A DNA stretch of 62,974 nt, the filler included, from Octopus bimaculoides (lineage: Eukaryota), in assembly GCF_001194135.2 (NCBI RefSeq). It is 10 parts of 10 records of this genome, joined end to end, with 100 filler letters (N's around TTAATTAATTAA, not from the genome) between each part and the next. Parts side by side here need not be neighbours in the genome. Positions count along the whole stretch, not along the records: positions 21,836 to 29,255 come from NC_068988.1; positions 29,356 to 32,374 come from NC_068996.1; positions 32,475 to 42,115 come from NC_068981.1; 7 more parts are not named here. The stretch is one strand, 5' to 3'. Every line of letters begins with the position of its first letter. Within the stretch, counting starts at the first letter, position 1. This document shows positions 27,385 through 40,363 of the stretch, one piece after another. A program made the translations under genes and the position numbers. The notes beneath the pieces were generated by a model. That model worked only from the letters and a program-made list of their open reading frames with translations. It had not been told where the DNA came from and did no database searches.

Positions 27385-28494
27385 AGATATTTTTCCGTCG
27401 GTCGGTTTTTAAAGACGTCAGAACACTTGTGTCTACACGAGTGTGCATGTGTGTGTTTGTGTGTGTGTCTGTGTGTGTGTGTGTTTCTCAGTGCGGGAGT
27501 TAGAGACTGAAAGGTAAANNNNNNNNNNNNNNNNNNNNNNNNNNNNNNNNNNNNNNNNNNNNNNNNNNNNNNNNNNNNNNNNNNNNNNNNNNNNNNNNNN
27601 NNNNNNNNNNNNNNNNNNNNNNNNNNNNNNNNNNNNNNNNNNNNNNNNNNNNNNNNNNNNNNNNNNNNNNNNNNNNNNNNNNNNNNNNNNNNNNNNNNNN
27701 NNNNNNNNNNNNNNNNNNNNNNNNNNNNNNNNNNNNNNNNNNNNNNNNNNNNNNNNNNNNNNNNNNNNNNNNNNNNNNNNNNNNNNNNNNNNNNNNNNNN
27801 NNNNNNNNNNNNNNNNNNNNNNNNNNNNNNNNNNNNNNNNNNNNNNNNNNNNNNNNNNNNNNNNNNNNNNNNNNNNNNNNNNNNNNNNNNNNNNNNNNNN
27901 NNNNNNNNNNNNNNNNNNNNNNNNNNNNNNNNNNNNNNNNNNNNNNNNNNNNNNNNNNNNNNNNNNNNNNNNNNNNNNNNNNNNNNNNNNNNNNNNNNNN
28001 NNNNNNNNNNNNNNNNNNNNNNNNNNNNNNNNNNNNNNNNNNNNNNNNNNNNNNNNNNNNNNNNNNNNNNNNNNNNNNNNNNNNNNNNNNNNNNNNNNNN
28101 NNNNNNNNNNNNNNNNNNNNNNNNNNNNNNNNNNNNNNNNNNNNNNNNNNNNNNNNNNNNNNNNNNNNNNNNNNNNNNNNNNNNNNNNNNNNNNNNNNNN
28201 NNNNNNNNNNNNNNNNNNNNNNNNNNNNNNNNNNNNNNNNNNNNNNNNNNNNNNNNNNNNNNNNAAATAAACTTTGGATGAATTAACTAGGGAAGACTTT
28301 TTATTGAAGATCTCAGAGATTTCCGACTGAAACTTGAATTTAGCATGCAGAGAGTTACTAAAAAACGACATGACTTGACACAGCATCAACCGCAACACAA
28401 CCGAAGAAGAGGACGAAAACTATAGCTCGGCAGCTAAACAGATTCTTTCTAGCTGTAGTTATAGAAGAAACCGTAATTACAAAACCCATTTTCC

Positions 28495-29125
28495 ATGGAG
28501 TTATGAATGCAACGCGCTGCCTAAATACCAATCTTGAGAAATTAGGATTCTCAAAACCAGAAAGGAGAAAGTTGATTCGAAAACTACAAATCCAAGAAAT
28601 CCACTGGAACTGTAAAAGTCTGTAAACCTTTCCGTCAGTTTATCATTTGAATATATATGAGCATGTCTAGATATGCAAGTGTATGTATGAGAATATTTTC
28701 ATAAAACAAAACATACAAATCTGCACGTATGCATACATACACAGAAGCCATAGCCACTCATAATAAAAGGAATACTGGTGGAATGTACCAGTGAAGACCT
28801 CAATAAGATGTAACCGCAACAGACCTGATATAATGATTTGGGATAGAGAAGAGAAACAGTGCACAGTTGTGGAAATTAGCTGCCCAGCGGATGTTAACAT
28901 AAAGCTGAAGATCAATGAAAAAGAGAACATCTATGATGAACTATTGAGAAAGTTGTTGTTACTCTATCCAGATTACAAGTTCAGGTTTATACCTGTAATT
29001 ATTGGGGCCCTGGGATATGTAACACACTGCCTAATTACCAATCTTGAGAAATTAGGCTTCTCAAAACTAGAAAGGAGAAAGCCAATTCGAAGACTACAGA
29101 TCCAATCCATCATCGGAACCCCACA
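28495..29125 (+). mobile_element. Second RLE-type (R4/NeSL-like) LINE family, two tandem 3' fragments
   Basis: 28765-29125 translates EYWWNVPVKTSIRCNRNRPDIMIWDREEKQCTVVEISCPADVNI...IPVIIGALG; 28495-28745 repeats the C-terminal part plus 3' UTR. Confidence 0.8.
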
Positions 29126-29355
29126 GACACAATAATATATATATATATCGGCTTTTGAATGTTGTTTTCACTGTCCATTTTTTCCTGTCTTGGTTTGTGT
29201 TTGCCACCTTGGAATCCTCTGTGTAGTGGGTTGATCCACTACTCAGGAAGAGACTNNNNNNNNNNNNNNNNNNNNNNNNNNNNNNNNNNNNNNNNNNNNT
29301 TAATTAATTAANNNNNNNNNNNNNNNNNNNNNNNNNNNNNNNNNNNNNNNNNNNN

Positions 29356-30054
29356 AGGGCCATCTACCTGAAGGGGCTTGTTTTTTATCTACCTTCCTAC
29401 TTATTAGGACTTTGGTTTTAGCTAGGTTTACTCTAAGGCCCTTCAATTCTAGTCCCTGCTTCCACACCTGAAACTTCTCCTCTAGTTCTGATAGTGACTC
29501 AGCAATTAGTGCAAGGTCATCAGCATAGAGGAGCTCCCAGGGGCATCCTGACTTGAATTCCTATGTTATCGTCTGGAGGACTATAATAAATAGGAGGGGG
29601 CTGAGGACAGAGCCTTGGTGGACCCCTACCTCTACCCGGAATTCATTACTGTACTCATTTCCAACCCTCACCTTACTGACAGCATCTCTGTACATGGCTT
29701 GCACAGCTCTCACTAACCACTCTTCTATCCCAAGTTTCCTCATTGACCACCAGATAAGAGATCGGGGGACCCTCTCAAAGGCTTCCTCCATATCAACGAA
29801 AGCCAGGTACAGAGGTTTATCCTTGGCTAGGTATTTCTCCCGCAGCTGTCTTACCAGAAATATAGCATCAATGGTGCTTTTCCCTGGCACGAACCCAAAC
29901 TGCACCTCATCTAAATTGATTCGCTCCCTAATTAGTTGGGCTATGACCCTCTCCATGACTTTCATTACCTGATCTAACAGCTTGATGCCTCTGTAATTAT
30001 TTGTATCTAAAGCGTCACCTTTACCTTTGTAGCAGTTGACTATGGTGCTGCTAT
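29356..30054 (-). mobile_element. RTE LINE RT core fragment
   Basis: QFGFVPGKSTIDAIF...DMEEAFERVPR...GVHQGSVLSPLLF and LYADD (29516-29527); closely similar to 56750-57430. Confidence 0.9.
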
Positions 30055-30069
30055 GCTTATATATAAAAG

Positions 30070-30842
30070 TTAAGCATAAGAGGAATCAGATGTGGTGTGC
30101 AAGAGAGACGACTGTATGCTGGTATGGTCATGTGATGTGTATGGATGAGGACAGCTGTGTAAAGAAGTGCCAATCTCTAACTCTGGAAGGAACCTGTGGT
30201 AAAGGTAGACCCAGGAAGACATGAAACAAAGTGGTGAAGCATGACCTTCGAACTTTCAACCTCACAGAAGCAATGACTAGTGACCGAGACCTTTGGTGAT
30301 GTGCTTTGCTTAGGTGGGCCTGTCAAGCCAAGTGGAAAAAGAAAATCAACCTTTAAATGTTGGGCCTCACGGAGGCAAAATGACTGAGTTCTTTTCAAGT
30401 ATTGCACTTCATGGAGGTAAAGTGGCTGAGTTTGTTTTGCGTGCTGGGCCTCATAGAGATGAGGTGGTTGAGTTCCTTTCGAACATTGGGCCACAAGGAA
30501 GCAAAGTGGCTGAGATTCTTTTGAGTGTTGGGCCTCATGGAGGCAATGACCAAGACCTTTAGCATTATGTTGTGCTTGAGAAGAAGACTCATCAAGCCAT
30601 GCAAAATCACAGTTGTGGCAGATACCGGTGTCACACAAATGGCACCCATGCCTGTGGAATTTAAGAGCACCCATTACTCTCTTGGAGTGGTTGGTGTAGG
30701 AAGGGCATCCAGCCATAGAAAGCCATGTCAAATCAGACTAGATCCTGACAGAGCCTTCTAGAATGCCAGCCCAGTCAAACCAGCCAACCCATGCCAGAAT
30801 GGATAATGGATGTTAAATGATGATGATGATGATGATGATGAT
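30070..30842 (+). mobile_element. RTE LINE 3' end with ~39-bp tandem repeats and (GAT)n tail
   Basis: CGVQERRL-/-WYGHVMCMDEDSCVKKC...GRPRKT*, followed by a UTR with aggaagggcatccagcc and a gatgatgat tail. Confidence 0.85.
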
Positions 30843-31019
30843 GATATATATATATATATATATATATAATTATATGTATACGCACATGCATACATGCATA
30901 CATGCATACACACATACATACATACAAATATACATTCAGAGAGACAGACATTCAGACAAATATACAAACATCAGCCATACATACATGCATATATACATAA
31001 ATGCATATGTTCATTAATA

Positions 31020-31151
<132 letters not shown>

Positions 31152-31173
31152 TACACACACACACATACACACA

Positions 31174-31205
<32 letters not shown>

Positions 31206-31963
31206 TGCAATATATATATACACATACACTCACACGCACAAGCATACATACATATATACACATATATACACAAAGACAAACATGCACGTGCATACATATG
31301 TGCACACAACAACCCATACAAATACACAGACATGTAGATATCCTGTGAGAAGCTGTCCATTCACAATATATAAACACATAGTAACAAACATACAAACACA
31401 CACAAAAATATTCAGATATAAATACACATCCCCATAAAGAACACAGACACACACAAAATACATCCTGTGAGAAGGGTTTTACTTTCCATATACATACATA
31501 CACACACATATGCATACATCCTGTAAGGAGGGCTCACTTCTCATCCATACACTGACATACAATCACATATACATACACACATATCCTCTGCTCACCAAAG
31601 ATATATATATATANNNNNNNNNNNNNNNNNNNNNNNNNNNNNNNNNNNNNNNNNNNNNNNNNNNNNNNNNNNNNNNNNNNNNNNNNNNNNNNNNNNNNNN
31701 NNNNNNNNNNNNNNNNNNNNNNNNNNNNNNNNNNNNNNNNNNNNNNNNNNNNNNNNNNNNNNNNNNNNNNNNNNNNNNNNNNNNNNNNNNNNNNNNNNNN
31801 NNNNNNNNNNNNNNNNNNNNNNNNNNNNNNNNNNNNNNNNNNNNNNNNNNNNNNNNNNNNNNNNNNNNNNNNNNNNATATATATGTGGGTGTGTCTGTGT
31901 GTGTGTGTGTGTGTGTGTATGTGCAATATATAATGTATAATATATAAAATATATAATATATAA

Positions 31964-32000
<37 letters not shown>

Positions 32001-32330
32001 ATTTGTGAGTATTTGCACATACTTATATATCCTGTAATGAGGCCTTCACTCTCTCTATATACACGGATACATCCTGTAAGGTCGGGGCTGGGGGATTCCA
32101 TATTCTGTATACACATGCATATTCAGCAAGTAGGCTCATAAATATACAGTACATACATTCATAGAAACATACATTCACATATAAATAAGTACATACATAC
32201 ATGCATACATACATTCACATATAAATACGTACATGCATACATGCATACATATTTATTGCCCCAGCATGGCCGCAGTCTAATGGCTAAAACAAGTGAAAAA
32301 TAGAAGATATATACGTGTACTGTATGCGTG

Positions 32331-32374
<44 letters not shown>

Positions 32375-32579
32375 NNNNNNNNNNNNNNNNNNNNNNNNNN
32401 NNNNNNNNNNNNNNNNNNTTAATTAATTAANNNNNNNNNNNNNNNNNNNNNNNNNNNNNNNNNNNNNNNNNNNNATGCATGAACATACATCGAAGAGTCT
32501 CACTTGTATGGCTACATATGCCGATTGAACATATGACTTTTGAAGAGATAGTGAAAAGTACCTGCTTTTAAGGGTCTCG

Positions 32580-32752
32580 AGAAAGCCTGGTTGGAGGCTC
32601 AACCTTCCGAGTTCTTTTACAGTGCTTAGAAAAACTTATGTATCACTGCAATAAGTGTGTAAATCTGAGGGGGATTATGTTGAATAAAATCATAATTAAC
32701 TGATCCTCCTGTCTTTTCTTTTCCCAAAGCCAGGAACTTTTCAGCACCCCTT
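32580..32752 (+). mobile_element. Mariner right end: transposase C-terminus and TIR
   Basis: WLEAQPSEF-/-QCLEKLMYHCNKCVNLRG-/-YVE*, then gccaggaacttttcagcacccct; same family as 12231-12497. Confidence 0.75.
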
Positions 32753-33309
32753 TTTATATGACCACGCACACTATACACATTTATTTCTAAGAGAAAACTC
32801 ATCATAGAAACTGTATCTTATGTAAATGAGTGTGTAAAGTAGCTTGGAGAGTTGATTAAGTAAAGGAACTAACTATACAAACTTCCATAGATTTCTGAAA
32901 TGCACAACGTGCATGGTTTGATAAAGATCCACACTCTTTAGCAACGGTCATTAATTTCATTTAATGCGCAGTTATTTAAGTTTAAATTAATATTGAGCAA
33001 TATAATTATTTCCTCTGTTTGTGCTTTTTCTAATCATATTGCACAAAGACATTAATCTCCTTCAATCTACTAAATAGTTACTAGATGTTGTTTATAGAAA
33101 AATACAAGCATTTACAGTGTAAAATGAGATAAATTAAAATATTTCAAGATAAAATAAAAACTAGATACGTTACTGATATAGCAATAATTTATTTTCCATG
33201 GTTGACTTTTTGCTGCACTTTAAAGTTATCTGATGAAGAGTTTAAAATTTTGAGTATCCAATAGATTTATTTTCATATCATTTATGTATGTATTTATGTA
33301 TGTATGTCA

Positions 33310-33880
33310 TTGTTCAGTTTTATTTCAAGATTTCTTGCCAATAGAGAAAGAACAGGTTTCTAACCTAGATTCAAGGCTCTTTCATTGGAATTTCAATATC
33401 AACAACAAGGTATTATTGTGTGTATGTATGTATGTATTTATGTATGTATATGTGCAGATTTGTATGTTTTGCTTTATGTATGTATTCTCAAGGATATAGT
33501 TGCATATCTAGACATGTTCATATCTATTTAAATGATAAACTTCTGGAGAGTTTTACAGATTTTTACAGTTCCAGTGATGGAATGGATTTGTAGTCTTCGA
33601 ATTAGCTTTCTCCTTTCTGGTTTTCAGAAGGCTAATTTCTCAACATTGATATTTAGGCACTGTGTTACATATCCCAGGTCCCTAATAATTACAAATATAA
33701 ACCTGAAGTTGTAATCTGGATAGAGTAACTGTAGATTTCTCAATAGTTCAGAGTAGGTGTTCTCTTGTGCACTGATCTTCAGCTTTATGTTAACATCCCC
33801 CGGGCAGCTAATTTCCACAACTATGCACAGTTTCTCTTCTCTATCCCAGATCAAGTTTGCGGTGCTTACATTTTATTGAG
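33310..33880 (-). mobile_element. RLE-type LINE 3' end, same family as 28495-29125
   Basis: IWDREEKLCIVVEISCPGDVNIKLKIS...YPDYNFRFI, plus a 3' UTR matching 28650-28745. Confidence 0.8.
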
Positions 33881-34529
33881 TGCATGCATGTATGTATACT
33901 TGGTTCACTACACCTTTTCCTAGTAAAGTTTTTCTTTAAATCTACTTGCACACTGAAGCGAGCGATACTGTTATTAATATGATGCTATCACGGAAATTAA
34001 ATCATCATCTACGACGGGAGATTTATGTCTTTGGTTGTTTCAGCAAGTCTTATTATTCTTAAATTGTTCCCTAAACTTAGGTTTTCCAAATCTTGATTGT
34101 AACACTATTTTGTATTTCCGATTAATATTTCATTTAGACATGCATAACTATATACATGTGTGTGTGTGTGTGTGTGGGGGGGGTCTGTTTGTCTATCTAT
34201 CTGTCTGTCTGTGTCTGTGTCTGTGCGCTCGCGCGTGCACGCGTTTGTGAGTTCTGTGCCTGGTTATTTCTTACAAAATCTAACATAATTACATGCGTAC
34301 TTCTGTGTATATCTATGCGAGTGTGGGCGTGTATTTTTTTCCATTACCTCTTTCTGTCTCACCTTTCTTGGGCATTTTTCCTCCTCACTTTCTCTCCATA
34401 TATGAATGCATGTATATACATACATACGTACATAAATATATATACATGCATAATACATATATGTGTGCGTGTCTGTGTCTGTGCATGTATGTGTGTATAT
34501 ATATATGAATGTATATATATGGGAGAATA

Positions 34530-34652
34530 TACAAATAATAACAACAGACGAGGACAGGTGGTGTAAATAACAAAAGTATATATTAGTATGACGCTCGGGA
34601 ATACGGAAAGTCTTTGACGTTTCGAGCTACGCTCTTCAACAGAAAGAATACG
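34530..34652 (-). mobile_element. Probable Penelope-like element terminal repeat
   Basis: Minus strand gttgaagagcgtagctcgaaacgtcaaagac has the TGAnGA...GAAACGT pattern typical of PLE termini; truncated by a gap. Confidence 0.45.
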
Positions 34653-36101
34653 NNNNNNNNNNNNNNNNNNNNNNNNNNNNNNNNNNNNNNNNNNNNNNNN
34701 NNNNNNNNNNNNNNNNNNNNNNNNNNNNNNNNNNNNNNNNNNNNNNNNNNNNNNNNNNNNNNNNNNNNNNNNNNNNNNNNNNNNNNNNNNNNNNNNNNNN
34801 NNNNNNNNNNNNNNNNNNNNNNNNNNNNNNNNNNNNNNNNNNNNNNNNNNNNNNNNNNNNNNNNNNNNNNNNNNNNNNNNNNNNNNNNNNNNNNNNNNNN
34901 NNNNNNNNNNNNNNNNNNNNNNNNNNNNNNNNNNNNNNNNNNNNNNNNNNNNNNNNNNNNNNNNNNNNNNNNNNNNNNNNNNNNNNNNNNNNNNNNNNNN
35001 NNNNNNNNNNNNNNNNNNNNNNNNNNNNNNNNNNNNNNNNNNNGGCTGTGACATGCCATTTACAACGAGATCTGTTTTCAAACAATTCAACGCCACCACA
35101 AAACAGTCTAACAACTTTTCCACCAATCATTTCTTTATGTATGATTTTATCTATTCGTCGCTTATTTATAACGTTGATTTATTAATTTATTCTTTCATTA
35201 TTTCATTCTTTACTGTATGTGTTCGCTTGTTCATATATTCATGCTTTACTTGCTCTGGCTAATTGCATGGCTGATGTTTAACAATAAGTAGAAGATAGTG
35301 TTGTACTGTTAGCGACGTTATCGCACTATTTTGTTTTGTTATCGTGGCATTTGCTTATTGTGTGTATCTATGGGTAGCGGTGGTGGTGGCGATTGCTATA
35401 GTAGTAGTATTGGTGATTATGAATGCTGGTGATGGTAGTAGTGGCGGTTTTGGTGGTGGTGGTGGTGGTGGTGGTGGTAGAGATGGTGATGAAGGCGTTA
35501 GTGAAAGTGATTGTGGTGGTAGTGGTGGTTAATATTACTACTACTATTTGACTTTTAAATGTTGGTAATCGAATACCCTTATTTCCGGTGTATTTAATGA
35601 ATGTGTTTCCGCCATACTTTAAATGCCTAAACACACTCTACTCGATGCAATGAATATATTCTTAAGCGTGCACACACACACACACACACTCACACACACA
35701 TACGCACATACATGCATACATACATGCGCACACATACACAATGCACACATACATATGCATACATATATACATCAAATCACAAATAATTAAAAGCAGCACA
35801 TTCACAAATAATCTCTGCGCCATCAGGTCGTCGAAGGACTCCTGATTACTTCGTTGACATCGCGTAGCTGCGAGTAATTTTCGTGGGAGAAATGCTAAGG
35901 TGGTTTCCCGTAGTAGTTCCTTCATTGTATTTCTGTTTTTTTTTTTTAGAAGACGCCATTTTGCAGGCTTAGAGAAAAACGAGTTCGCCATACAAGCGAA
36001 GGCATTGTGAGAATAAAAAGCCGCAACTGAAAACAACTGAAAAGACCTACGCTTTCAAAGTTATTCTAATCTCCTACCCAAGACTCTTAACCAATGCACG
36101 C

Positions 36102-36133
<32 letters not shown>

Positions 36134-37269
36134 NNNNNNNNNNNNNNNNNNNNNNNNNNNNNNNNNNNNNNNNNNNNNNNNNNNNNNNNNNNNNNNNNNN
36201 NNNNNNNNNNNNNNNNNNNNNNNNNNNNNNNNNNNNNNNNNNNNNNNNNNNNNNNNNNNNNNNNNNNNNNNNNNNNNNNNNNNNNNNNNNNNNNNNNNNN
36301 NNNNNNNNNNNNNNNNNNNNNNNNNNNNNNNNNNNNNNNNNNNNNNNNNNNNNNNNNNNNNCCTGTGTAACAAATAGCTTTTTAGATTCTAAGCCAAAGA
36401 TTCGAAATCGAATATACATTTTTTCCCCCTTTTCTTCTCCGCTTTTGCACCAAAAAGTTTATGAGAATCAACAGTCACACTTAGTTGAATTCTATTGTTT
36501 AAGTTAATATTATTAGATTAAATAGGGTTCAGGCAGAGAAGAGACGGAAAATCTGACCTAATTTAGTTAGTAAAAAAAAAAATACAGAACCCAAAATCGG
36601 GTCTATTTCTTAGGTTTCTTGATGCCAAGCCGAAGAGCATCTATTTCTCTCCTTTCACTTATGGATTGTCATCGCACAGCAATACAACTTTCACCCTATC
36701 GACTTGTCAGCCCAGAAAGGTAGACTGCCTTACTCCTTCTTGTTCTCTTTTTTCCTCCAGTCTTCTAGCAGTCAACAAATGATTACTTTAGCTAACTACA
36801 GAATGGATAACAGAACGGCGAATAATTAGAGCGTAGCAACAGTTCCAAGTCGTGTCATACATTGTAACGATGAAAATAATAGAGCCATGTATAATAATAT
36901 TTTCTTCTCATTTGTTTGCTACACAGCATCGTTATGTGTGTACATGCACGCGCACGTGTGTGAATAATGAAATCTATTCTCTAAAACCGATTAAGAATTT
37001 CCAGTAAATCGATGAGCCAGCGAGGAAGCCTCTATGCAGTAGTTTGATCTGCTAGAAATACCAGCTAAATCTTCCCTCAACTCGCACCCTAGCATCTTCA
37101 ACATAAGTCCCCGAGACAGGATTTTAACGATAGGAGAGCCTTTGATGATAGGCCTGCTTGGCCAAGCAGACCAGAAGCTAAACAACAGATACATAAATCG
37201 ATGTTTATTTATCCATGATTGCATACGAACGCAAACGTATTAAACACATCATAACTTTTCTATTTTCAG

Positions 37270-37330
37270 GTCTGCTTCGAGAAAGGCTAACGAAACCAGA
37301 ACTTAGCCGGATTTCTAATGTGTTAAAGCT
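37270..37330 (+). other. Candidate isolated 61-nt exon
   Basis: Acceptor ttttctattttcag|G and donor CT|gtgagt; one open frame, LLRERLTKPELSRISNVLK; no partner exons found. Confidence 0.2.
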
Positions 37331-38612
37331 GTGAGTACAAGGTTCACATTTCCCTTCCGGCGCAGGACGCCAGTCCGTCATAGGTGCTACAGGTGCTAAT
37401 TTTTAACTGAGTGTACTGGAACACCCGGAAAGGAAGCGCTTTACTTAAGGACATCATCATGCGCTGTACGGTTTCAGAATCGAACACATGAACTGACGAT
37501 CGTTAACCCAACGCCTTAATCACTAGGTCACTTGCTTTCACCTATAAGAAACGAAAATGTTTTGAAAGATGGCGAAAAATGTAACCAAAAAAAAAATGAA
37601 AAAAAATCGTTATTTTCATCGTCTACAACGAGATCTGAAATGAATATCTGCACATCAGGGTAGGTTCAGACACAAAATATGTTATGCGCTGTAATGTATG
37701 TCTTAGGAAAATATCTTCCCCCTTTTACTACAACAGTTTATCCAACTCACTCGTCTTACTGGTGCACGGCATTCTGGGACACTCGCAAAACACTCGTGTT
37801 TCGAGACACATGTCGAAACACTGGTGTCTCAGACAGCCGTGCACCAACGAGACGAATGTATTGAACACACTTAACGTAAAAGGGAGGAGTTATTCTCCTC
37901 ATACGTACACTACAACACCCAGTGTGTTCTGCGTTTGAACCTGCCTAGTTGCGTTAAGAATAAGTGTACAAAAAACAAAACGGAAGAAATAATTAACCTT
38001 TTCGTTTTCCCCACAAGACTACGGAGTACCTAATCCGAAACTCCTCTTCAAATCGTCCTCCAGTTGCCCCTTCCTATTTCAAATTACAAAGAGAAATTAG
38101 CTAATTGGATAGTTTTAAATATACAATGCTCAAGAGAATGACGAGATGGCCGAGGCAGAATTCTTTTGATCATAGTTCTGCTGGATCAAGGCTAGCCAAA
38201 ATATAAACAACAACAACGACTAATGTTATTAGTACATTCTGCTGAAGGACATTAAGGATATACAACTTCGTTCATGCATGTGATTCCTTACCACGTCACA
38301 GAAATGATGTCCTCCTATCCCTTGCCAAGGCATTTGACTTTCACGCATACTGAGTAACATCGTCTTTGTGATAGCGGACGCCAAAAGAAGGGATTTTTTT
38401 TTCTTTCTTTTTTAAACTCTTTCTTACCAAAAAAATGCCCTCAGTGGCTCCACTGGTTCGCTACACAATAATTGCTCCCACACTCAAACAAACACACACG
38501 CACACACACGCACACACACGCACACACACACACATACACGCACGCACACACACACGCGCGCATGTGTCCATGTGGTTACATATATGTTGCTATAAATGCG
38601 TGCGCATGTGTG

Positions 38613-38651
<39 letters not shown>

Positions 38652-38668
38652 AAACACACATATATATC

Positions 38669-38705
<37 letters not shown>

Positions 38706-39201
38706 ACATACATGCTTGTGTAAATGTATACATGTACGTATATGCGTATGTCTGTATATAGATGTATGAATTATTATGTCTTTATCTCAGCAAGTGTGTG
38801 TATTACTAACGCGTACACATTCGTACAAACATGTGCGTTCCTACATATTTGTAAAGGCTGTTTACTATGCATGTAAAACGTTCAGAAGTGAGGATTTAAT
38901 CAAAATTCTTTTTTTTTTTTCATTTTTCTTTTTACTGCATGTGAGGAAACACTTTGTTTTGGTTATTTCATGTTAGGGTACCTTCTGTTGTTTTATATAT
39001 TTACTATCTATTTTCAGTTCCCCTAGTATAAAAGTTTGTCTTTATCGTTTGACAACTGACAGCTACTGACATGCTTCACAAAACAAAGATTTTATTTGTA
39101 AACTTAGTAACCCTTTGTGGGCTTTTTTTCTGTTTTTCTTTCGTTATCTTTTAAATAATAACACAATTACGACCACCACCTATAGTTCTCCTCCACCGAA
39201 A

Positions 39202-39202
<1 letters not shown>

Positions 39203-39268
<66 letters not shown>
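39203..39268. repeat. (TAA)n microsatellite, about 22 units
   Basis: Directly visible perfect run. Confidence 0.98.
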
Positions 39269-39269
<1 letters not shown>

Positions 39270-39625
39270 GTTAGCTTAGCAAGAAGGCCGTTACAAATTC
39301 GTAAACGTAAGACAGTAAAGTGGTATAAATGTTAAAAACCTTAGAAGTGGTTTATGAAATATGTATCATTCTACCAACACCGATCACAGTAATAAAAGCT
39401 CAAGTCCAATAGTTTTGAAGGGAAGGTTTCAGATACCATCAACCCAGTGCTAGAGATATTTATATTTTATCAACATTGAAAGGATACGAAGTAAGGCTGA
39501 CATCGACGGAATTTCAATTGAATATGTAAAGAGTCGGAACAAATATCTCAAACTAATTTCCCTGTGTTCCAATGATTCTGCAAGTTTGCTGCTTTTCTAA
39601 ATGAAATAATATTAATAATGATTCT

Positions 39626-40363
39626 GGATCTTTTCTGTTTGGCTGCCACTTTTCACTTTCTTCAATTTTTGTTCCAAATTGTTTCATATTTAGTGTTCTG
39701 GTGTAGTTTTTGAATGGTAACCATTAATATGGAAATCAATTTTACCATAAATCAATTAATAAAAAGTTAATAGCTTTTAAAGTTTGCAAATTTGAGGTAA
39801 TTTTAGCCAATCCAAAGCCACAGACATAAAGGTGTCTGTTTCCATAGTAACAAGCCAAGCTGTGCCCAAGCTGCTTACTCCTTTGCTATGCTTCTGTCAA
39901 ATAATGTGGTCATTTTTCGCTTATTAAAACACGACGTATGAGGTGGTCGTGAGACATGCTAAAAATAACAGCTAAATAATCCTTAAATCACGCCCCCAAA
40001 TTTTTCTTTCTTTTTTTGGTTCTTGCATAAGCGTATAAATTACTGTGTGTAGAAAATTTTCTAAAGGTTCCAAAGAATAAAAATGTTATGAAGGATTATG
40101 TGTCGTGCGTAAAGCAGAATTCCGCCTGTATTTCATGTATCTACAGTTGACAACACGTGCAGTTACGCACAAAACGACAGCTTCCAAATCCTGTCTCCTG
40201 ACCGGCTAAAAATGATCAAACTTTGTAATTTTAAAAAAAAAATTTCTGGAAAAAATGAACTGGTCCCTGGGGTTCAGCGTGGAAAATTACATCAATACAC
40301 CAAATTTTAAAATTTTCGCTAAACTTTGAATTTTACACAGGTGTAGCCACACAGAAAAGATCT
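39626..40363. mobile_element. Non-autonomous TIR DNA element, about 740 bp
   Basis: Left end GGATCTTTTCTGTTTGGC and right end GCCACACAGAAAAGATC are inverted repeats; no transposase ORF; a derivative lies at 7254-7492. Confidence 0.7.
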
